From the NCBI GenBank assembly GCA_020697515.1, contig JAIXNB010000013.1:1-8386 (forward strand): a DNA stretch of 8,386 nucleotides, written 5' to 3'. This DNA is from Nanobdellota archaeon (GTDB taxonomy: Archaea > Nanobdellota > Nanobdellia > Nanobdellales > Nanobdellaceae). Positions 1 to 5,798 of this stretch are shown here, one piece after another. The translations under genes and the position numbers were made by a program. Every line of letters begins with the position of its first letter. Positions within the stretch are counted from its first letter, which is position 1. The notes under the pieces were generated by a model, which saw only the letters and a list, made by a program, of their open reading frames with translations, did not search any database and was not told the origin of the DNA.

Positions 1-1
1 A

Positions 2-625
2 GATACTAATATTTTTAGAAGTGTAAAAAAATTTCCAAGAATAAATATATATTATGGTGCCATTATAAATGTCTCAAAAGCAAAGAAAGCCTTATCTCTA
101 GCTGCAGAACTATTTTACAATGTAAAATTTTTCAACGATCTTGTATTTATATTATCAAGAGACTTTAAGTTCAATAGATTAGCTATTAATAAGTATTTTC
201 ATAATGGCTTGGTCAATCCAGGATATCTAAAAGTAGAAGATCATCCTAACGTCAGATATATAGCTATACCTACAAAATTTTTGAAAAGGATTGTGGAGAA
301 CAATTTAAGCATAGTATTCTCTATAAAGGAGTTAAAAAAGGAGTATGTATTTTTAGGTAGGGTGATGTATTTAATAAAAATTCTACAGAAGAAGAATATA
401 CCGGTTATTTTAGGATCCTTTGCCACACATCCTGAAGAAGTTCCATATAAGAGTTATTTACTAGCTTGGAGGAGGATCTTGGGGATAAACTACCCAAAAG
501 ATCTTGTATTCTCCAAGTTCATCTGGAATCAGATTCGCAGAACTAGAAAAGCCAAAAGTCCTTGGATTTTCGCAGAGGGATTTGAAATAATCAAATTCCC
601 CTACGAAGATTGTTCTGAAGAATAA
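2..625 (+). CDS. rnp3: RNase P protein component 3 (Rpp30/Rnp3-like), 5'-truncated by the window edge
   Basis: I translated this frame back from 209 and found no stop to nt 2. The TTG at 209 in the ORF track is therefore only the first start-like codon, and the gene continues upstream of the window. Stop is TAA at 623-625. The C-terminal half (NLSIVFSIKEL...KKNIPVILGSFATHPEEV...LLAWRRILGINYPKD...) follows the pattern I recall for archaeal Rpp30 TIM-barrel subunits: a short beta strand ending in S-x-A after a basic helix, then an l-l-G-i segment. The family call is by eye only. Confidence 0.55.
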   Translation, partial: DTNIFRSVKKFPRINIYYGAIINVSKAKKALSLAAELFYNVKFFNDLVFILSRDFKFNRLAINKYFHNGLVNPGYLKVEDHPNVRYIAIPTKFLKRIVENNLSIVFSIKELKKEYVFLGRVMYLIKILQKKNIPVILGSFATHPEEVPYKSYLLAWRRILGINYPKDLVFSKFIWNQIRRTRKAKSPWIFAEGFEIIKFPYEDCSEE

Positions 626-628
626 GAA

Positions 629-1198
629 TTATATCTTTAGGATGCCTTTTTCTATTAGTCTATCCATACTTCTTCTTAGTATCTTTCTAAAGATGGCTCT
701 CTTTTGAAGACCTCCTAGCTTCATTGCAGCTTTTCTAAGGCTTCCTTCATCTATCAAAATCTTCAAGTATTGTTTTTGTTTTTCTGTTAACTTATTATCA
801 TACTTTAAAGCTAATCTTGCTAACTCCATAAGATCTATTTTTAGACCCTTCCAAGCAAAATCCTCTGAGTTTATATCATCTCTAAAGATTTCTACAGGTT
901 CAAATCTTATTATAACTATTTCCCTGTTTTCCTTTATCCAGGGATAATGCTCTTTTAGAGCTCGAAATAATTCTTCTTTATTATTAAAACCATCTAACTG
1001 TGCTTCCTCATCAGTAATTTGATGAAGTTTCTTTGTATATATATCTAATATCTTAAATTTTCCAATAACTTTTCCACCAGCATGAACAATAACGATATCT
1101 CCCTTTCTTAAATTTGGTTTTTCTATACGTATTGTCAATCTTTTTTTCCCTGTTTTTAAAAGCTCTGTATATTTTCCATCAAACTGAAGATGTTTCAT
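629..1198 (-). CDS. ASCH (PUA-like) domain protein with C-terminal helix-turn-helix-like tail
   Basis: 189 aa ORF starting at ATG 1198. The N-terminal ~100 aa show ASCH hallmarks: LQFDGKYTELLKTGKKRLTIRIE, KGDIVIVHAGG, ITDEEAQLDGF, EELFRALKEHYP, IVIIRFEPV. These are colinear with E. coli YqfB as I remember it (AGRKTITIRD ... YVIEF). Residues 137-189 (LTEKQKQYLKILIDEGSLRKAAMKLGGLQKRAIFRKILRRSMDRLIEKG) resemble a sigma-70 region-4/LuxR-type HTH. Its stop is only 3 nt from the stop of the convergent Rpp30-like gene. Confidence 0.8.
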   Translation of the reverse strand: MKHLQFDGKYTELLKTGKKRLTIRIEKPNLRKGDIVIVHAGGKVIGKFKILDIYTKKLHQITDEEAQLDGFNNKEELFRALKEHYPWIKENREIVIIRFEPVEIFRDDINSEDFAWKGLKIDLMELARLALKYDNKLTEKQKQYLKILIDEGSLRKAAMKLGGLQKRAIFRKILRRSMDRLIEKGILKI

Positions 1199-1200
1199 TG

Positions 1201-1208
1201 TTTATAAT
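1201..1208 (+). promoter_or_regulatory. TATA-like box (TTTATAAT) for the C/D box sRNA
   Basis: TTTATAAT is centred about 27-30 nt upstream of the C box at 1234. That matches archaeal TATA-to-TSS spacing and puts the TSS 1-3 nt before the C box. Confidence 0.4.
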
Positions 1209-1223
1209 TTTATGATAAAACCA

Positions 1224-1231
1224 TTTTATAA
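1224..1231 (-). promoter_or_regulatory. TATA-like box (TTATAAAA on the minus strand) for the ASCH-HTH gene
   Basis: The minus strand reads ...attaTTATAAAAtggttttatcataaaattataaacaATG. The box is centred about 29 nt before the ATG at 1198 and no SD is visible, consistent with a leaderless mRNA. Confidence 0.35.
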
Positions 1232-1286
1232 TAATGATGACATGTCGGTATACCGATTAGATGAGGATCCGAACTGCCCCTGACTA
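1232..1286 (+). ncRNA. C/D box sRNA (2'-O-methylation guide), dual guide
   Basis: The architecture is canonical with exact archaeal spacing. C box ATGATGA is at 1234-1240, followed by the 12-nt guide CATGTCGGTATA (1241-1252). D' box CCGA is at 1253-1256, followed by a 4-nt linker TTAG. C' box ATGAGGA is at 1261-1267, one mismatch to RTGATGA, followed by the 12-nt guide TCCGAACTGCCC (1268-1279). D box CTGA is at 1280-1283. The element lies in the intergenic gap between two minus-strand genes, is locally GC-richer than its flanks, and has a TATA-like box at the correct upstream distance. Confidence 0.72.
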
Positions 1287-1329
1287 CAAGTCTATAACCG
1301 AAATATTACTCATTTTAGTATGAAATAAA

Positions 1330-1782
1330 TTAGACATCTACTACCATTGTCGCTATCCAGTATGCCTTCCTAATTCTTTTTATATCTAGATTATGGTAAG
1401 TTATTGCCTTAACTTCTTTTTTAAATCCATGTTTATTTGTATCGTATTTTTCTCCAAATAGATTTGTTCTTACATACCAAACTTTTTCTTTTTCCTTTTT
1501 CACCCTCCTAAGATTTTTTATGCGAATATCTCCAATTGCAAACTTATCTACATAGAATATATCGAGAATTCTAGTTCCAAGCTCGAATATAACTTCGATT
1601 ATATCATTAGCTTCTAGTTCTATCTCTTTTTGTTCTTTTTTCTCAACCTTATCAATATCATAGATTAGATTAAGCATCCCGAGCATGAGAGCTTCGATAG
1701 TTCTTTTTGGAGTGTTACCATATGCGACTATTTTTACATCAGCGGTGTGATCTTCATATTCAAACTCTCTTAACATAACCAT
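1330..1782 (-). CDS. Archease (RtcB tRNA-ligase / RNA methyltransferase accessory protein)
   Basis: 150 aa. The N-terminal FEYEDHTADVKIVAYG and the C-terminal KAITYHNLDI...YWIATMVVDV are the signature archease motifs (HTAD...; KA-x-TYH; terminal hydrophobic-D-V). Size is typical for the family. Confidence 0.93.
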   Translation of the reverse strand: MVMLREFEYEDHTADVKIVAYGNTPKRTIEALMLGMLNLIYDIDKVEKKEQKEIELEANDIIEVIFELGTRILDIFYVDKFAIGDIRIKNLRRVKKEKEKVWYVRTNLFGEKYDTNKHGFKKEVKAITYHNLDIKRIRKAYWIATMVVDV

Positions 1783-1803
1783 TTTAAATATTTCGAGAAG
1801 GAC

Positions 1804-1813
1804 TTTATAAAAA
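1804..1813 (-). promoter_or_regulatory. TATA-like box (TTTTTATAAA on the minus strand) for archease
   Basis: The minus strand reads gttaacatcttaacaaaTTTTTATAAAgtccttctcgaaatatttaaaATG. The box is centred about 27 nt before the ATG at 1782 with no SD, so the mRNA is probably leaderless. Confidence 0.45.
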
Positions 1814-1841
1814 TTTGTTAAGATGTTAACGTATCAGCAAC

Positions 1842-2711
1842 TTATTCATTTTCTTTTAATTCTTGCTTAGATTTAAACAACAACTCATAGTATAGTGGGA
1901 TATTTCCAAATAAGTAGAAATAGGCATCAGCCAACAAAGCAATTATCAATATAAATGCTAGTTCATGAATAACCTTGGCATTGACTATTAGATAAGTTAC
2001 TATCAACACTATTAGCGTAGTGGCTTCCATCAAATACCCAACTTTTAGAGATAACTTTACCTTATCTTCAAAAGTCCCTTCTTCTTTTAGAATATTAGTA
2101 GCAAGTACTATATTGTTGTCTATTGCATAGCCTAAGATCATTAGAAATGCTATAAATGCAATAATGGATATAGGATAACCCAACATAGATACTAAGAACG
2201 CTGTTGCACTCAAATCAAATAAAATAGTTAATACTATTGCCAAAGCTGATACTTTATTTTTCATTCTTATTAATACAGCAATTGACACAAGTATCAGGGC
2301 AATTATAACTAGTTTTATAAATTCTTTAAATATTATAGATCCAAAATAAGAATCATACTGTTGGATCTCAATATCTTTAATTTCAAGATTCAAATTAAAC
2401 TTCTTATTAATAATATCCACTACTCTTTGAGCATCAAGCGATGAACCTTCTATGTATACAAGACCTTTAGTCTCATACACTCTTATATCAGGGTATATAG
2501 TACTTAGTTGTTTATATATGTCTGTTGGATTCAAATTTACCTCTTTAGGGATTACGATGATATATCCACCTTTAATAGATACATCTTTTTCAAATATATA
2601 CCCATAGGACATCTTTTTATATATTAAAAATCCCCAGAATGCCACTATTAGTAGCAAATTAAAAATTATTAACTGTTTGGAATACTTTTTTACAAATTTT
2701 ATGATGTCCAT
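1842..2711 (-). CDS. secF: SecF-like protein-export membrane protein (SecD/SecF family, 6-TM)
   Basis: 289 aa. It has an N-terminal TM (LIIFNLLLIVAFWGFLIY), a ~95-aa extracytoplasmic domain and five further hydrophobic helices. The TM4-loop motif FLMILGYAIDNNIVLATNILKEE matches the archaeal SecD/F signature (GYS-x-D-x-x-I-x-L-x-x-R-x-L). A GAGG Shine-Dalgarno-like motif lies 5-6 nt before the ATG. Size fits SecF rather than SecD. No SecD partner is present in the window. Confidence 0.72.
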   Translation of the reverse strand: MDIIKFVKKYSKQLIIFNLLLIVAFWGFLIYKKMSYGYIFEKDVSIKGGYIIVIPKEVNLNPTDIYKQLSTIYPDIRVYETKGLVYIEGSSLDAQRVVDIINKKFNLNLEIKDIEIQQYDSYFGSIIFKEFIKLVIIALILVSIAVLIRMKNKVSALAIVLTILFDLSATAFLVSMLGYPISIIAFIAFLMILGYAIDNNIVLATNILKEEGTFEDKVKLSLKVGYLMEATTLIVLIVTYLIVNAKVIHELAFILIIALLADAYFYLFGNIPLYYELLFKSKQELKENE

Positions 2712-2761
2712 ATCCTCAGTAATTAAAATATAAATTTTTAAATATACAAACTTTGGAATAT

Positions 2762-3766
2762 ATGAAGAGAGGGTTATCGTTTATCGTGGAGATAATATTA
2801 CTACTAATCTTATTTATGATATATTTCAATCAATTATTCCCCAGCGTATCTTTACCAGAATATTATAATGAAATTGTAGATATTCTTTACTTAGATTCAT
2901 TAGCTTATTCACTTATAGATCAGAAAATAAAACAAATCCTAGACCATTTTGATGTAGATTTGATATATATTACATTTAAACAGGTTTTATCATCACGGTT
3001 TAGCCGGTTCTACATACGGCTACATTATTATGAACCAGTGTTTGTGAAGGGTGATGGAGATTGTATACTCTTTATGTATCCTCTTCCATATGAATCTTCT
3101 AGTATTGACTTAAAGATTTTTGGATGGGATGGGATACAATGCACAAATTTATCATATTCTAAAGATTGGTATATGTTTATAGTACATGGCCTAGATGATT
3201 CCTTAAGTAACCAAAATATTTCTATAGATATCAGTGAATATCCTACTTTAGATCCCTACTCCTTATTCTTGTTTGATATTGATGGAAATCCGCTAAAAAT
3301 AAACGCAATGGCGTTAGATAGTAGCTTTTTAAATTTGTCAATAGAGAGTCTGTATAATAGAGAGGTTATTATCATGGGGAGAGTTAAGAACAACATTATA
3401 GAGCAAAATCTAACATATCTAGCAGGTAGATATCCAATTGTTTCCAAAATCAAAAATGCGGTTAATGTACAATTTGTTATGACTCATTCATCTTGGATAA
3501 CACTTGCTATAGATAAAAATTGTTATTCTCGTGGAAGATTATTGATAAAGATATCATACCCTGAAAAAGGAATGATAGTAAACAAAAATTACAATATGAT
3601 AATGTGTAATAGCGCACAAATGGCGTACTATTCTACTATAAACTTCTTTAGACCATTCGTAGATATACTTAAAGTACAAGGAATGCATAAGGCAAGTTAC
3701 AAATATGGGAGTAGTATAACATTTCCGGGCCTAATCTATAATACTATAGATATATATGTCGCGTAG
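2762..3766 (+). CDS. Hypothetical exported or membrane-anchored protein with a type IV pilin-like (class III) signal-peptide-like N-terminus
   Basis: I prefer ATG 2762 over the track's TTG 2753. This gives MKRG|LSFIVEIILLLILFMIYF, a basic residue-Gly followed by a hydrophobic helix, close to the archaeal prepilin peptidase motif but not a perfect match. There is no other TM segment. It has 4 Cys and 4 N-x-S/T sequons. A TATA-like TTTTTAAATA lies about 27 nt upstream. I recognise no family. Confidence 0.6.
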   Translation: MKRGLSFIVEIILLLILFMIYFNQLFPSVSLPEYYNEIVDILYLDSLAYSLIDQKIKQILDHFDVDLIYITFKQVLSSRFSRFYIRLHYYEPVFVKGDGDCILFMYPLPYESSSIDLKIFGWDGIQCTNLSYSKDWYMFIVHGLDDSLSNQNISIDISEYPTLDPYSLFLFDIDGNPLKINAMALDSSFLNLSIESLYNREVIIMGRVKNNIIEQNLTYLAGRYPIVSKIKNAVNVQFVMTHSSWITLAIDKNCYSRGRLLIKISYPEKGMIVNKNYNMIMCNSAQMAYYSTINFFRPFVDILKVQGMHKASYKYGSSITFPGLIYNTIDIYVA

Positions 3767-4352
3767 TCAGTTATATCTAATTACCCTATTTCTATTGTTT
3801 TTCTACATTTCCTTATTTACAAATTATATATCCTTAATAGAACAAAATGCCTTGAAATATAGGAAATATTTTGAGAATCTTCTAACTATTTATAAAGTAG
3901 AAAATTTTCATAATCTATATAAAAAACTATATAGGATAAAGAATAGTACAGTATGTGGCTTAACCATATATTATAATTGTAGTAATAACAATGTTTCAAT
4001 TGAGAATCCAGGATTTAGTTATGCAGTTATTTTAGACGAAAATCTAAATTTTATGAATACTTCGGTTGATCAAAAATGGATAAACTTTACAGTAAATGAA
4101 AAGAGAATATATAATGTAAAACAAAATATATGTATTTTTAGAGGATATATTGCAACGATTAAAGAATTCAATAACATGCAACCAATAATCGGAACACGGG
4201 CTATACTATATATAATCGATAATTTATCCTCCCAAAACGTCTCTGAGGAGTTCTTGCTACTTGTTAATAAAATAGAAAAGGATTTTAATATCCGGCTAGT
4301 AAATGATACAATAGAATATTACAACAATTATTTTAGGATACTACTCCAATAA
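3756..4352 (+). CDS. Hypothetical N-terminally anchored or secreted protein, sequon-rich
   Basis: 198 aa. Its ATG overlaps the upstream ORF by 11 nt, which suggests an operon or translational coupling. The N-terminus MSRSQLYLITLFLLFFYISLF is a signal-anchor-like helix. There are 8 N-x-S/T sequons in 198 aa (NST, NCS, NVS, NTS, NFT, NLS, NVS, NDT). I recognise no family. Confidence 0.55.
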   Translation: MSRSQLYLITLFLLFFYISLFTNYISLIEQNALKYRKYFENLLTIYKVENFHNLYKKLYRIKNSTVCGLTIYYNCSNNNVSIENPGFSYAVILDENLNFMNTSVDQKWINFTVNEKRIYNVKQNICIFRGYIATIKEFNNMQPIIGTRAILYIIDNLSSQNVSEEFLLLVNKIEKDFNIRLVNDTIEYYNNYFRILLQ

Positions 4353-4470
4353 TACGTTACTTTGAGGATTTGTATATTCTTCGAGCAGCGGTATAGCATT
4401 ATCAAACTATTGTATATTTTAAGATAATAATTAAATTTTAAATGATCCCTCATCTTAAAAACACTCTATA

Positions 4471-4541
4471 ATATATCCTTAGGATATCCTGCCCTTAATA
4501 TTTTAACAACCTTCATAGATTATGTTAACATTAGTTAACAT
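4471..4541. repeat. Copy A of a 71+ bp perfect direct repeat (intergenic element)
   Basis: ATATATCCTTAGGATATCCTGCCCTTAATATTTTAACAACCTTCATAGATTATGTTAACATTAGTTAACAT is identical base-for-base to 8316-8386. The flanks to the left (4441-4470 vs 8286-8315) are unrelated. Identity to the right cannot be followed because copy B hits the window end. Confidence 0.95.
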
Positions 4542-4586
4542 GGTGTTAACATCTATTTAACATATTGTTAACAATAAAATTAACAT
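4503..4586. repeat. Phased array of seven TTAACA (mostly GTTAACAT) motifs at 10-12 bp spacing
   Basis: TTAACA starts at 4503, 4525, 4535, 4546, 4557, 4568 and 4580. Spacings are 22 (2x11), 10, 11, 11, 11 and 12. Four copies are preceded by G and five are followed by T. The copy at 4522-4531 is the full 10-bp palindrome ATGTTAACAT. The array ends 4 nt from the trm1 stop codon (4591-4593). Confidence 0.9.
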
Positions 4587-4590
4587 TGTG

Positions 4591-5700
4591 TTAGGTTGTA
4601 AAGATATCTTTTAAAATAGGGTACTCTCTAGATTTTATTGTTAGGGGTCCAAAGTGTGTTCTGACAGCATTGAATTGCTCGAGAATTCTTTCAATCTTAG
4701 GGATATTTGGTACTTTTTGAGATTTAGCTAACAGGCTTATATTATAATAGTACCATACATCTTTATACTTAAAATCTCCATTAAGAATTTTCAGTAGAAC
4801 ATCATGCGACTCTTTATGTAATGATCTACACCGTACAATACTGTTCACAAACAAGTTATCATATAAAGGGCCTATATATATTGGTCCAAGCATCTTCATC
4901 TGTTTTTTGCATAATGGGCAAATTTTCTCATCTACGGATTTATAATGACAGGCTGGACAATAATATATATGCTTTATGTTTCCCATGACGAAATTAACAT
5001 CCTTACTTTTCTTAGATTTAATAAAAAATATTCTATAGTGGTGTAAATAATAGTATCCGAATATAGGGATCATTGCTGCATCAAATCTCAGTGCTTCTTC
5101 AATTACATATTTTGCCAGAGTCCTTAATCCGAATTCTAAATAGAAATCTGTTCGAATTCCTAAGCAAGAGTATTTTCTATAACATGCTTTTGATCTAACT
5201 CCTGATAAAGCGGAAATATCTGTTGCAGTGACACCTAGCATACCTCTATTTCTCAATGATAAAACAGCTGGCTGGATAAACCCTACTGGGCTACCAAATG
5301 GATCTATGTCTATATAATCATATTTATTTTTTAGCATTAAAATACGGCAGTCTTCATTGGAAACATTGATATTTTCAAAATATATTCTATTAAGTTCTAA
5401 ATTTTTCTTTATAAAATATATAGCATTATTATTTATATCATTTATCACAATTCGTTCTATTACTTCTGGGATCTCTAAAAGTATCCTTATACTCCTAATA
5501 CCAGACCCTGCCATCGCATCTAAAATAGTTAGTCTTTTTCTGTATATATCAGAATAAGTTTTTAAAGCAGCAATTGTAAAATCTCTATTTATTCTCATTT
5601 TAGGATTATAAAATACTCCCACCCGTCTAGAAAGTTTCTTCAACCATTCTTCGGAATAGATTATTTTAGCAGATCCTTCAGATATTATAGTAAATTCCAT
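4591..5700 (-). CDS. trm1: tRNA (guanine(26)-N2)-dimethyltransferase Trm1
   Basis: 369 aa with the Trm1 hallmarks: VFYNPKMRINRD, SAM-binding ILDAMAGSGIRSIR, IDIDPFGSP, and a C-terminal Cys cluster CPACH...CPLC (zinc finger). Length is typical for archaeal Trm1. Confidence 0.95.
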   Translation of the reverse strand: MEFTIISEGSAKIIYSEEWLKKLSRRVGVFYNPKMRINRDFTIAALKTYSDIYRKRLTILDAMAGSGIRSIRILLEIPEVIERIVINDINNNAIYFIKKNLELNRIYFENINVSNEDCRILMLKNKYDYIDIDPFGSPVGFIQPAVLSLRNRGMLGVTATDISALSGVRSKACYRKYSCLGIRTDFYLEFGLRTLAKYVIEEALRFDAAMIPIFGYYYLHHYRIFFIKSKKSKDVNFVMGNIKHIYYCPACHYKSVDEKICPLCKKQMKMLGPIYIGPLYDNLFVNSIVRCRSLHKESHDVLLKILNGDFKYKDVWYYYNISLLAKSQKVPNIPKIERILEQFNAVRTHFGPLTIKSREYPILKDIFTT

Positions 5701-5760
5701 ATTATTTACTTAGCAATCAAAAATAAAATGAGAGGACTGAACGACCAAATAACAAAGTAA

Positions 5761-5770
5761 ATATTTTTAA
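5761..5770 (+). promoter_or_regulatory. TATA-like box (ATATTTTTAA) upstream of tRNA-Glu
   Basis: An A/T box centred about 33 nt upstream of tRNA position 1. It would give a short 5' leader requiring RNase P processing. Confidence 0.35.
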
Positions 5771-5798
5771 CTTTACCTGGTAAACTATATAGTATCAA

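Noticed and set aside
209-211. TTG start proposed by the ORF track for the first + strand ORF
   Set aside because: The frame has no stop from nt 2 onward, and the upstream translation reads like a continuation of the same protein. The true start is most likely upstream of the window.
241-426. 61-aa minus-strand ORF
   Set aside because: It lies entirely antisense within the Rpp30-like CDS and has the Phe/Ile/Lys-rich low-complexity composition typical of antisense frames in AT-rich genes. No promoter or motif supports it.
623-631. Convergent stop codons of the Rpp30-like and ASCH genes only 3 nt apart, with no terminator between them
   Set aside because: This is real but unremarkable in compact archaeal genomes. 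It implies overlapping 3' ends and nothing more that I can support.
631-647. ATATCTTTAGGATGCCT resembling the repeat's ATATCCTTAGGATATCCT
   Set aside because: The match is imperfect and lies within the last codons of the ASCH CDS (encoding ...KGILKI). It is most simply coincidental.
1018-1024. C-box-like TTGATGA on the + strand, and a CTGATGA on the - strand at 1008-1014
   Set aside because: Both lie inside the ASCH CDS, with no D, D' or C' boxes at the required 12-nt spacings.
2921-2994. Minus-strand GTGATGA (2988-2994) with a CTGA about 70 nt downstream (2921-2924)
   Set aside because: It sits inside a CDS, the spacing is too long, and there are no internal D'/C' boxes. This is a chance motif.
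3256-3453. 65-aa minus-strand ORF
   Set aside because: It is antisense inside the 2762-3766 CDS and has no independent support.
4328-4453. 41-codon minus-strand ORF (MRDHLKFNYYLKIYNSLIMLYRCSKNIQILKVTYYWSSILK) starting 17 nt beyond repeat copy A, in roughly the position tmcA has relative to copy B
   Set aside because: It is tempting as the missing gene downstream of copy A. However, a 41-codon open frame is not rare by chance here: my rough estimate is a few percent per frame start at this composition. It also overlaps the 3' end of the 3756-4352 CDS and has no recognisable motif or SD. It is worth revisiting only if transcript or ribosome-profiling data show expression.
4443-4456. TGATCCCTCATCTT, whose reverse complement AAGATGAGGGATCA resembles the sRNA segment AGATGAGGATCC (1259-1270)
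   Set aside because: The similarity is short and requires an indel. No C/D box set can be built around it on either strand.
4503-4590. Possibility that the TTAACA array is a CRISPR array
   Set aside because: The repeat unit is only about 8 bp with 2-4 bp linkers, far below CRISPR repeat and spacer sizes, and there are no cas genes.
5357-5557. 66-aa plus-strand ORF
   Set aside because: It is antisense inside trm1, whose identity is secure. The hydrophobic low-complexity translation is typical of a shadow ORF.
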